From an uncultured virus (IMG/VR IMGVR_UViG_3300028888_002345) (taxonomy: Duplodnaviria; Heunggongvirae; Uroviricota; Caudoviricetes), in IMG/VR virus record IMGVR_UViG_3300028888_002345: a DNA stretch of 64,000 nucleotides; one strand, 5' to 3'. The number at the start of each line of letters is the position of its first letter. The first letter of the stretch is position 1. Positions 10,994-19,238 of this stretch are shown here, in pieces. Made by a program: the position numbers and the translations under genes. A model generated the notes under the pieces. The model searched no databases. It was not told where the DNA came from and worked only from the letters and a program-made list of their open reading frames with translations.

Positions 10994-11065
10994 GTCCCCT
11001 TGGTCAAGTGGTAAAGACTCCTGACTCTAAATCAGGCAACATCGGTTCGAATCCGATAGGGGGTA
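10994..11065 (+). tRNA. Amber suppressor tRNA(CTA) with tRNA-Glu-like body
   Basis: GTCCCCT/AGGGGGT acceptor, TGGTCAAGTGGTAAAGAC D arm, CCTGA-CT CTA AA-TCAGG (anticodon 11027-11029), 4-nt variable loop CAAC, ATCGG-TTCGAAT-CCGAT. Confidence 0.93.
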
Positions 11066-11070
11066 GTTAA

Positions 11071-11154
11071 GCCGATATGGAGTAATGGTATCTCAATAGA
11101 TTGCTAATCTATCCTACCAAAAAGGTAGTCTGCGTTCGAATCGCGGTGTCGGCG
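11071..11154 (+). tRNA. tRNA-Ser(GCT)
   Basis: ATAGA-TT GCT AA-TCTAT; long variable arm. Confidence 0.92.
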
Positions 11155-11157
11155 TTA

Positions 11158-11271
11158 AAGACTCGTAAACTGCAATAAACAAGTAAATGGATATAGAAGA
11201 ATAGATCACCTATTTGGTTTCTGATCAAAACCTAGTTTAGATTTTCTATAAAAAAATCAAAACGAGTCTTG
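11158..11271 (+). ncRNA. ACAGCAA-motif small RNA, copy 2 (ACTGCAA variant), with anticodon-like hairpins
   Basis: AAGACTCGT/ACGAGTCTT helix; GGTTT-CTGATCA-AAACC and GATTTT-CTATAAA-AAAATC hairpins. Confidence 0.55.
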
Positions 11272-11276
11272 TATAT

Positions 11277-11362
11277 GGTAAGATGACCGAGTTGGTCGAT
11301 GGTGCTTGTCTTGAAAACAAGAGAAGGTAAAACTTCCGTGGGTTCGAATCCTACTCTTACCG
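11277..11362 (+). tRNA. tRNA-Ser(TGA)
   Basis: CTTGT-CT TGA AA-ACAAG; long variable arm. Confidence 0.93.
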
Positions 11363-11382
11363 TTTCAAAAGGAGGGTTAATT

Positions 11383-11565
11383 ATGAAAAAATATGAAACA
11401 AGTAATGAAAATTATACTTTAAATTTTGCTTAGACACAAAATGAAATTTTAAATTAGGAATAGGATATTATTCCTCAAAGTATTTTTAATGAGAAACAAG
11501 AATAGGTTAAATTATTCTTTGGACCAAAAAGAAATATTCATACTCATTCAACATTAAAAGTATAA
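11383..11565 (+). CDS. 60-aa hypothetical protein with 4 in-frame TAG
   Basis: GGAGG RBS, ATG 11383, TAA 11565. Confidence 0.55.
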
Positions 11566-11572
11566 TTATTTA

Positions 11573-11868
11573 GGGGTAGTAAAGGGTTTCGACAAATTAA
11601 AAAAGTATATAATTCGTCAAAAGTTTAAAATTAAACGCAAATAATTATTCATATGCAATGGCTGCGTGATTAAGCCATACCAAAAAATATTAAGATGATA
11701 CTGGTAAATATTGAGGGTTAAAAACAAGTATATTAGTTTCTTATTTTATTAAAAAATAAGTGGTGGACTTGGTGAGAGAAGAATATCTCATTGAGATGTA
11801 TCCCTAACGACGTAAAGATTATATATGAGTATTAGTTATGGACACGGGTTCAATTCCCGTCTACTCCA
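11573..11868 (+). ncRNA. ssrA: tmRNA; tag (A)ANNYSYAMAA ending in TGA (11637-11669)
   Basis: GGGGTAG/CTACTCC acceptor with G3:U70, TTCGAC, resume codon GCA, 3' GGACACGGGTTCAATTCCCGT. Confidence 0.93.
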
Positions 11869-11878
11869 TCTATATTAA

Positions 11879-11951
11879 AGAGTATGTGGTGTAATCAGGG
11901 AGCACGCTACATTTGGGATGTAGAGGCGCGGTTCAAATCCGACATATTCTA
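11879..11951 (+). tRNA. tRNA-Pro(TGG)
   Basis: CTACA-TT TGG GA-TGTAG; T stem imperfect. Confidence 0.8.
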
Positions 11952-11953
11952 TT

Positions 11954-12334
11954 ATGAAAAAAATATGTGCTTATTGTAAAAAAGAATTTGAAATTATTCC
12001 TCGGCAAGGAGGAATGAATCGTAAAGTTTGTTATAGTTGTATTCCAGATAATTTAGAAAAAAATGAAAGGGCTAGATTAGAAAGAAGTATAATTAGAAAT
12101 ATACTAAATAAAGAAAAAGCTGAACGTGGATGTGATATATGTGGCTATAATAAGTGTCCAGCTGCATTAGAATGGCATCATACAGGAGATAATAAAAACT
12201 TTAATCCTGGAGATATTTCAAGAATAGGAACTGTATCAAGCTTAGAAAAATATAGAGAAGAAACAAAAAAATGTATTTTAGTATGTGCTAATTGCCATAG
12301 AGAAATACATTGGAATTTAGAATATAATAATTAA
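11954..12334 (+). CDS. HNH endonuclease-like protein (free-standing, inside the tRNA array)
   Basis: CDICGYNKCPAALEWHH...CILVCANCHREIH. Confidence 0.8.
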   Translation: MKKICAYCKKEFEIIPRQGGMNRKVCYSCIPDNLEKNERARLERSIIRNILNKEKAERGCDICGYNKCPAALEWHHTGDNKNFNPGDISRIGTVSSLEKYREETKKCILVCANCHREIHWNLEYNN

Positions 12335-12338
12335 AATA

Positions 12339-12410
12339 CGGGATATAAGTTAATAAGGAGACAGGCGGACATAAGTACGCGTAGTGTTAGTGCAAATCTA
12401 ACTATCCCGA
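12339..12410 (+). pseudogene. Degenerate tRNA (Pro-like acceptor)
   Basis: CGGGATA/TATCCCG; GTTAG-TGCAAAT-CTAAC; disrupted anticodon arm. Confidence 0.6.
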
Positions 12411-12601
12411 TTAACAGGTGAAGAAAATAATATATAGGGACGTTGTAGAGAACCAACTCTGTAAAGGTACGCAACCCTTCCTGTTATTTCCGATCTAGCA
12501 TGACTAGAAACGGATTATGCCGAAGGTAAGGCGGTAGCAAAAGAAAACCTTACTAATATTAAGAAAATGCCTAAGATGTGAGAACGGCAGAAGGAGATAA
12601 T

Positions 12602-12865
12602 ATGAAATATTTTTCAGAAATCACAAAAGAGTTATATGACTCAAAAGAAGATTTGGTAGCAGCAGAGGTTAAAGCCACTAAAGCTAAATCAGATCGTGAA
12701 GTAAAAGCAAAAGAAGTAGAAAAATTACTTAAAGAAGCAACAGAAGCAACTAAGAAAGCTAATAAGGCACTTAACGATTTTGTTAAGGAATATGGTAGTT
12801 TTAAAACTACTCTTAAAGAAAGTCCTTATGATTTCTTCGATGTTCTTGATAAATTTCTTTGGTAA
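12602..12865 (+). CDS. Hypothetical coiled-coil protein
   Basis: AAGGAG RBS, ATG 12602. Confidence 0.75.
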   Translation: MKYFSEITKELYDSKEDLVAAEVKATKAKSDREVKAKEVEKLLKEATEATKKANKALNDFVKEYGSFKTTLKESPYDFFDVLDKFLW

Positions 12866-12981
12866 TCGCGGGCGCCGGTATAACCAAGATTTGACTGGAC
12901 CATAACTGTATAAAGCAGCTCCCGCGGTCTAATAATATTTCTTTTACTATTGATTAGCTAATCGGGGACTTTGTCCCCTAA

Positions 12982-13053
12982 TGGGGTATCGGCAAGTGGT
13001 TAAGCCATAGCACTTTGACTGCTACATCCTTGGTTCAAATCCAAGTACCCCAG
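12982..13053 (+). tRNA. tRNA-Gln(TTG)
   Basis: T1:A72; TAGCA-CT TTG AC-TGCTA. Confidence 0.95.
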
Positions 13054-13065
13054 CTCTAAAATTAA

Positions 13066-13137
13066 GAGGTGATAGTGTAATTGGTAGCATAGTGATCTCC
13101 AAAATCATTGGTTTAGGTTCGAGTCCTAATCATCTTG
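13066..13137 (+). tRNA. tRNA-Trp(CCA)
   Basis: GTGAT-CT CCA AA-ATCAT. Confidence 0.9.
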
Positions 13138-13177
13138 CTAAATATTACATTATATTATATTTTTAAGGAGAAAAATC

Positions 13178-13387
13178 TTGAGTAAGAAAACGCATTGGAC
13201 TGAATTTGCAACCCTTAAACTTGGGGATTTTTATAACCCTGTTAAAGATTGTTCTTATACTCCTACTAAAGAGCAGTATAAAGCTTATCGCAAACGTATG
13301 TTTAAATGGGGTGTTAAAGTATCTAAAATGCCTATTGAAAAAGTTTCTTTTAATAAGAAAAAAGAGAAGAATGAAGTAAAAGAATAA
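13178..13387 (+). CDS. Small basic hypothetical protein
   Basis: AAGGAG RBS, TTG start. Confidence 0.6.
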   Translation: MSKKTHWTEFATLKLGDFYNPVKDCSYTPTKEQYKAYRKRMFKWGVKVSKMPIEKVSFNKKKEKNEVKE

Positions 13388-13421
13388 GAGCATACCGGTT
13401 GGTAACCGTTATGTATATATA

Positions 13422-13501
13422 GCCTAGGATGTTGCTTGGATAGAGTTGTATACATCATTTAAAGAGTAGATTAATCTTTTGGGAATATATCCACACTAGG
13501 C
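13422..13501 (+). ncRNA. Small RNA resembling the 23S rRNA GTPase-associated centre (H43-H44)
   Basis: GCCTAG/CTAGGC helix enclosing AGGATGTTG...CATCATTTAAAGAGT...CACT. Confidence 0.5.
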
Positions 13502-13536
13502 GGGTTTAGGGTTATCCTTTAAAACCCTTTTATTCT

Positions 13537-13608
13537 GTCTTCATAGTTCAATGGATAGAACAGAGGTCTTCTAAACCTCCGATCTAAGTTCGATTCTTAG
13601 TGAAGACG
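13537..13608 (+). tRNA. tRNA-Arg(TCT)
   Basis: GAGGT-CT TCT AA-ACCTC. Confidence 0.95.
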
Positions 13609-13655
13609 TCCTTATTAAAACATAGTTATTATAATATTTAAAGCAAGGAGATAAA

Positions 13656-14192
13656 ATGAATAAAAATATTAGACTTAAACTTTCTCCGCCTTGGGTAACT
13701 TATATTAATTAGATAATTGCCCTATTTGATGGCGACCCTCAGATTGCTTGTAATGTAGATTATTCTAAGCCTTCTATTACGTTAGCTTGTAATAATGGAG
13801 ATAAAGTAGCTGCTTTACTTCAAATTCTTCCTAATTAGATTACTTTTGGAAATATCGCTTTAGCTGTTTATGTAGATGGAACTCCAAGTAATCGTGTTTT
13901 TATAAACAAAAAAGAACTTTTTGAAACTGCTTTTGAAAAAAATCCAGCTTTTGCTTATGCGGTTTCTCCTACTGAAGAAGGTATTAACTGGTTTGATATG
14001 ACATATGTTGTATTTAAAAATCATGTTGTACAGTTTTTTAATGATAATTTAAATGATTGTCATGGTATTATTAGCACTCTTTATGAAGACATTGCCAGAG
14101 ATATTCTTGCTGGTGAAGGTGTTAATGGAGTATATTTTAATACAGATATTGAACATGGAAAATTTGGTAAACCTCTTGGTGAGTGGCCTTAA
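13656..14192 (+). CDS. Conserved hypothetical protein (2 TAG)
   Basis: RBS and ATG 13656; LKLSPPWVTYIN*I; in frame with track ORF 13998-14192. Confidence 0.8.
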
Positions 14193-14222
14193 TTAATTTT
14201 AAAATAAGAATAAAATAAAATA

Positions 14223-14299
14223 AAGACTCTTACAGCAATTAATAAAATTTGATCTGCAAAATCGAAAATATATTGAGATTGGAAATATATTGAGTCTTG
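14223..14299 (+). ncRNA. ACAGCAA-motif small RNA, copy 3, with Cys-like anticodon hairpin
   Basis: AAGACTC/GAGTCTT helix, TTACAGCAAT, TTGAT-CTGCAAA-ATCGA. Confidence 0.55.
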
Positions 14300-14327
14300 T
14301 CTATATAATATAGTTATGTTTATTTAT

Positions 14328-14360
14328 AGGCTTGACTTTTATGTCAAGCCTTTTTATTTT
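14328..14360 (+). terminator. Intrinsic terminator-like hairpin
   Basis: AGGCTTGAC/GTCAAGCCT followed by a T tract. Confidence 0.7.
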
Positions 14361-14444
14361 GGGTCGATATACCGTAAGTAGTAGCGGGGCAGACTGTAAA
14401 TCTGTTGACTAACGTCTCGGGTGGTGCAACTCCATCTCGGCCCA
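14361..14444 (+). tRNA. tRNA-Tyr(GTA)
   Basis: GCAGA-CT GTA AA-TCTGT; T loop TGCAACT. Confidence 0.9.
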
Positions 14445-14565
14445 CTGATATTGTAGCTACATTAAATATCCTCTGGTTTTTGGAGTTTTTCCTGTGAGAA
14501 AAAAAGAAAAAGCTTAGGCATTGGATGATTGCCTTTAGGTGGTAGAGCCATTCATCCCACTTTAT

Positions 14566-14636
14566 AGTACCATCTTCCAATGGTAGGAAGCCTGTCTGAT
14601 AAGCAGGTAATCTTAGTTCAATTCTAAGTGGTACTA
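14566..14636 (+). tRNA. tRNA-Ile(GAT)
   Basis: CCTGT-CT GAT AA-GCAGG. Confidence 0.9.
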
Positions 14637-14641
14637 TCTTT

Positions 14642-14715
14642 GGGTTGTTAGCTTAAGCGGTCTGAGCGCAGGTCTGAAAAACCTGAGGATGATGGTTCGA
14701 CACCATTACAACCCA
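14642..14715 (+). tRNA. tRNA-Phe(GAA)
   Basis: CAGGT-CT GAA AA-ACCTG. Confidence 0.93.
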
Positions 14716-14734
14716 CTGTAATTATCGTACATAT

Positions 14735-14809
14735 GAACGGTTGGCGGAGTTGGTCTATCGCGGTTGGTTGCAGCCCAACATTTCATTAGTTCGAATCTAA
14801 TACCGTTCT
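14735..14809 (+). tRNA. tRNA-Cys(GCA)
   Basis: GTTGG-TT GCA GC-CCAAC; U73. Confidence 0.9.
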
Positions 14810-14839
14810 TAGTTAACATTTCAAAAGGAGATAAGAAAT

Positions 14840-16327
14840 ATGTCCAATACTTTTATGAAAGCACTTGAAGAGCAGTATAACTATAAATTTACTGAAAATG
14901 GTGCCCTTGCACATCGGTCAACGGGTTCTAAAGTTTATGATATGTTTGCTTTTGGCGGTGCGTATCGTAATAGAACAGATGAAGATTGTATTCTTCTTTT
15001 TAAAAATGCCTTTGAAGAAGATGCAGACCTTGCTATGAAATGTCTGTTTTATCTCCGTGATTGCAGAGGTGGACAGGGCGAACGTAGATTCTTTCGTGTT
15101 TGCTATAAATGGCTGGCTGAAAATAAACCGGTCGCCGCGACTAAAAATCTTGAAAAAGTTCCAGAATTTGGCAGATGGGATGATCTTCTTTGCTTAATTG
15201 ATACTCCTATTGCTAATTATATTGGTGAACTTATTAAATATCAACTTGAACTTGATATGAATGATGCTATGGATGGAAAAGCTATTTCTCTTCTTGGTAA
15301 ATGGCTTCCTAGCGAAAATGCTTCTTCTAAAGATACTAAGAAAAAAGCAATTTGGCTTCGTAAATATCTTGGTATTAATTCAAAAGCATATAGAAAAACT
15401 CTTTCTCGATTAAGAGAACATATTAAAGTTCTTGAAAAGTTAATGTCTACCAATAGATGGGATGAAATTGATTTTTCTAAAATTCCATCTAAAGCTGGGC
15501 TTATTTATCGTAATGCTTTTGCAAGACGTGATATGATTGCAGAGCAGTATAGAACTTTTGCTATGAATAAAGATACAAAAGTAAATGCAAATACTTTATA
15601 TCCTTATGAAATCGTAGAAAAAGTAGCTAAAGAATTAAGCTGGTTTAATAATCTTTTTACTGGAGATGAAGTAGAAAGAGCGATGTTAAATAAATATTGG
15701 GAAAATCAAAAGGATTATCTTAATGGTGCATCTCCTTCTATGATTTGTGTAGTAGATACTTCTGGCTCTATGAGAGGAAGACCTCTTGATGTTGCCTGCT
15801 CTCTTGGATTATATTGTGCAGAGAGAATGACTGGACCTTTTGCAGGAAAGTATATTGCTTTTAGTGAGAGTCCGCGGCTGGTTAATTGTGAAGGGGTTGA
15901 CTTTGTTGATAAAGTTACTCGAATTTATAACGACAACCTCTGTGAAAACACTGATTTAACAAAAGTTTTTGATCTTTTGTTAAATATTATTAGAAAAAAA
16001 GATGTAAAACGGGAAGATATTCCTAAAACCATTTGTGTAATTTCTGATATGGAAATAGATTATATGTCTAATTGGAATAAATTAGATACTTTAACAGAAA
16101 TGGAAAAGGTTAGAAGAAAATGGGCACAATATGGTTTTGAACTTCCTAGACTTATTTATTGGAATGTAGAAGCTAGAAATAATACTATTCTAGATAAAGG
16201 GTCTAATGTAAGTTTTGTTTCTGGATGTAGTCCTGTTATCTTCGAACAGGTTCTTACCGGGAAAAATGGTTTTGACCTTATGCTTGAAGTATTGCTTAAA
16301 GAAAGATACAGAAATATTTCAGCATAA
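14840..16327 (+). CDS. DUF2828-family Ro/TROVE-like protein with vWA domain
   Basis: TENGA, RDCRGGQGER, EFGRWDDL, KWLPSE, VDTSGSM, ISDME motifs. Confidence 0.85.
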   Translation: MSNTFMKALEEQYNYKFTENGALAHRSTGSKVYDMFAFGGAYRNRTDEDCILLFKNAFEEDADLAMKCLFYLRDCRGGQGERRFFRVCYKWLAENKPVAATKNLEKVPEFGRWDDLLCLIDTPIANYIGELIKYQLELDMNDAMDGKAISLLGKWLPSENASSKDTKKKAIWLRKYLGINSKAYRKTLSRLREHIKVLEKLMSTNRWDEIDFSKIPSKAGLIYRNAFARRDMIAEQYRTFAMNKDTKVNANTLYPYEIVEKVAKELSWFNNLFTGDEVERAMLNKYWENQKDYLNGASPSMICVVDTSGSMRGRPLDVACSLGLYCAERMTGPFAGKYIAFSESPRLVNCEGVDFVDKVTRIYNDNLCENTDLTKVFDLLLNIIRKKDVKREDIPKTICVISDMEIDYMSNWNKLDTLTEMEKVRRKWAQYGFELPRLIYWNVEARNNTILDKGSNVSFVSGCSPVIFEQVLTGKNGFDLMLEVLLKERYRNISA

Positions 16328-16367
16328 AAAAACAGCGGGCGCTGCTTTAAAGATCTTTAGAATTAGA

Positions 16368-16526
16368 TTAAAAGATCTTTGAACCAACGCCCGCATATTT
16401 TTTTCTAGTTATCTAAAAAAACTCTTCTTCAGTGATTTCTTTTAAAATAACTAATCTTTTCATATCTTCTAAGTTATAAATACCATGTTCCCAAAGGTAA
16501 TTTATTACATTAATACTTTTATTCAT
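16368..16526 (-). CDS. XkdX-like small protein (1 TAG)
   Basis: LWEHGIYNLEDMKRLVILKEITEEEFF*ITRKKY; RBS upstream. Confidence 0.65.
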
Positions 16527-16688
16527 TTTTATCCTTCTTTAAAATACTCTTTTATTTTTATAACTACTTTTTTATTTTAAAAATCTTTTTAGAAGATAAA
16601 TAAAATTTGTCCTAATAGATTGACTTTTTAAAAAAAATATTTTATAATTTATATAGAAGAATATTAAAAGGAGAATAAAAAAAATAAA

Positions 16689-17312
16689 ATGGAAACGACT
16701 ACTGCAACCTCAATTACCACAGATAACACTATTCACACTGCTACTAATAATACTTATACTACTACAGCCACTCCAAATATTACAAGTAATAATATTTATA
16801 CTACACCTTCATGGATAAATATTCCTAATGCAACTGTTGCAACTACTAGTTATACTATATCTACTGCATAGACAGGTTTTATTACTATAAAAGATATTAA
16901 TGAATTTAAAAAAATTGAAGAATTAGTTCCTTAGAAAGTATATCGTTTTACTTTTCATGATGGAACAGTAGTAAAAACTATCTGTGCTGAAACTGATGTT
17001 TTTGATTTAGAATATGCTTTTTATCTTGCTTTAAGTAAAAAACTATTTTCTAAAACTCATACTTTTTCAGGTATATTATATAAAACATAGGAATTATATT
17101 TTTAGAAATATTATGCAAAAATAGTTAAAAAAGGAATAAAATTATTTAATAAGACTCAAAAAGAAAAGCAAGAGAAAGAAGAACAAAAAGAAATTAAAAA
17201 ACGTCAACATGAAAAATATGTTGCTAAAAAAATAAGGGCAAAAGAACGTAAAAAACTAGAGCAGATGCAATTAATTGCTGAAGCGATAAAATTAAGTAAA
17301 GAAGAAGAATAA
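16689..17312 (+). CDS. Hypothetical protein with Thr-rich N-terminus (4 TAG)
   Basis: Open to TAA at 17312 with read-through; promoter at 16620-16648. Confidence 0.75.
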
Positions 17313-17379
17313 TCTTCTTCTTTATTTTTTTAAAAAATTATGATATAATAAATTATAAAAAAGAAAGGAGATTTTTAAA

Positions 17380-17574
17380 ATGAGAAACCCAGAAAGACTT
17401 GATACTTTTTATGATGAACTTAAAGAAATTCATAAAAAATATTTTCCAGATTGGCGTTTTGGACAGTTTATTGAAAACATCCGAAGAATGACTAGAGCAA
17501 ATGATTTATTTTATTATGAAGAAGATAGTTTTCTTGAACTTGTAAAATCCTTTATTATGGAGGTGAAAGAATAA
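17380..17574 (+). CDS. Conserved small phage protein
   Basis: MRNPERLD...PDWRFGQ...DLFYYE. Confidence 0.75.
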   Translation: MRNPERLDTFYDELKEIHKKYFPDWRFGQFIENIRRMTRANDLFYYEEDSFLELVKSFIMEVKE

Positions 17575-18824
17575 TGCTTAATGCTAAAAGTGAACGTGAA
17601 TTAGCATATATCGTTATTATAGATGATATAACTTCAATAGAAGGATATGATAGAGTAGAACTTGCTCATGTAGGTGGCTGGACAATCGTAGTAGGTAAAG
17701 GAGAATTTAATCCTGGCGATCCTGCTATCTATTTTGAAATTGATTCTAAACTCCCAGAAGTAAAACCTTTTACTGATATGGAGTTTCTTGCTAAAAAACA
17801 TTATAAAATTAAAACCCAAAAGATGTGCAAATCATTGTCTCAAGGTCTATTAATGTCTGCAAATCAATTTGGATGGACAATAGAAAATGGACATGATTTA
17901 GAAACTAATAAGGTTATTTCTTTTGTCGTAGATGATAAAGGAAATAAACACTTTGCAGATGATGAAAGTAGATTTTTAACCGCGGCGCTCGGTGTAACCT
18001 ACGCTGAACCTGGTGACAATCTTCGTAAAGCGGCCGCCGCGGATAAATACAAAAAAATGGCACAGCGTCATGGAAAGCTTTTTTCTCATCAACCATTCCG
18101 TTACCTTATGAAACATACTTGGGGAAAGAAACTTCTCTTTATTTTTTTCGGCAAAAAAAGAGATAAAAAATCCAGTTGGCCTTCTTGGGTAACAAAAACA
18201 GATGAAGAGCGTGTACAAAATATGCCTTGGATTTTAAATGATAAAGATTATTGGATTGCAACTGAAAAAATAGACGGTTCATCTACTACATTCACAATTA
18301 AACGTAAGCCTTTTGGTAATTATGACTTTTTTGTTTGCTCTAGAAATGTTTGTTTTGATAAACCAGATAAAAAATGTTATTATGAAACAAATATTTACAC
18401 AGAAATGGCAGAAAAGTATGATATAGAAAATAAGATGAAAGCTATGCTCTTTAAAGAAGATAAGTTTGCTAATTGTGAATGGATTACTATCCAAGGTGAA
18501 ACTTATGGAGAAGGAGTCCAAAAAAGAAATTATTCTACCAAAGAACATGCTTTCATGGCTTTTAATCTTATTGATTCTAAAAGAGGTAGATGGAATAGTA
18601 TAGATATGAAAGATTATCTTGAATATTGTAATGGCATCCCTTGCGTGCCTATTCTTACAGAATTCTATGTATTTCCCGATACAGTAGAAGAACTTCTTGA
18701 ATATGCAACAGGAGGAAGTATGCTTGATAATGATATGCGAGAAGGGATTGTATTCCGTTCACAAGATGGAAGTAAATCTTTTAAAGCAGTAAGTAATGAA
18801 TTCCTTCTTAAATATCATGGATAA
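17574..18824 (+). CDS. RNA ligase (Rnl2/DRB0094-like)
   Basis: TEKIDGSS, QGETYG, EGIVFR, FKAVSN motifs. Confidence 0.88.
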   Translation: MLNAKSERELAYIVIIDDITSIEGYDRVELAHVGGWTIVVGKGEFNPGDPAIYFEIDSKLPEVKPFTDMEFLAKKHYKIKTQKMCKSLSQGLLMSANQFGWTIENGHDLETNKVISFVVDDKGNKHFADDESRFLTAALGVTYAEPGDNLRKAAAADKYKKMAQRHGKLFSHQPFRYLMKHTWGKKLLFIFFGKKRDKKSSWPSWVTKTDEERVQNMPWILNDKDYWIATEKIDGSSTTFTIKRKPFGNYDFFVCSRNVCFDKPDKKCYYETNIYTEMAEKYDIENKMKAMLFKEDKFANCEWITIQGETYGEGVQKRNYSTKEHAFMAFNLIDSKRGRWNSIDMKDYLEYCNGIPCVPILTEFYVFPDTVEELLEYATGGSMLDNDMREGIVFRSQDGSKSFKAVSNEFLLKYHG

Positions 18825-18938
18825 ATAAAAATGCGAGTATTATATAATTAATATTAATACTCGCATTAAACATATAAACTTTATTTTTTTTATTTTTTAT
18901 GATATAATATTATTATAAAAGAAAGAAGGTGAGTAAAT

Positions 18939-19238
18939 ATGCGACACACAAAAGATGAAAGAATCCAGAAACTTAGTGATTTTTATTGTACCTATTGTGG
19001 GAATAAAGGTATTCCTATTCTTCGAACAAGTAAGGCTCGAGAACCTGGACATCTTAAAAAAATGTTTTGTTTATATTGTCAAAAAGAAAATAATATGGTA
19101 GAAATTAAACAAAATGGTAAATATACACTTGAAGATTTTCTTCTTGAGTTTCAAAATGGTAATTTTGAAAACGGAGAAAGAAAACTTCCTTATAAACAAT
19201 TTATATCAGAATTAAGAAAGAAGGAATGTAAAAAATGA
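18939..19238 (+). CDS. Zn-ribbon hypothetical protein
   Basis: CTYC...GHLKKMFCLYC. Confidence 0.7.
   Translation: MRHTKDERIQKLSDFYCTYCGNKGIPILRTSKAREPGHLKKMFCLYCQKENNMVEIKQNGKYTLEDFLLEFQNGNFENGERKLPYKQFISELRKKECKK

Noticed and set aside
10994..11065. Pyrrolysine decoding of TAG
   Set aside because: The tRNA has a canonical cloverleaf unlike tRNA-Pyl, no pyl genes are in the window, and TAG maps to acidic positions.
11066..11071. Theta (HDV-like) ribozyme 3' of the suppressor tRNA
   Set aside because: Only 5 nt separate it from tRNA-Ser, leaving no room.
13502..13526. Kissing partner (TAGGGTT) for the AATCCTA loops at 7109 and 9062
   Set aside because: The segment can pair locally within its own hairpin and the match is short.
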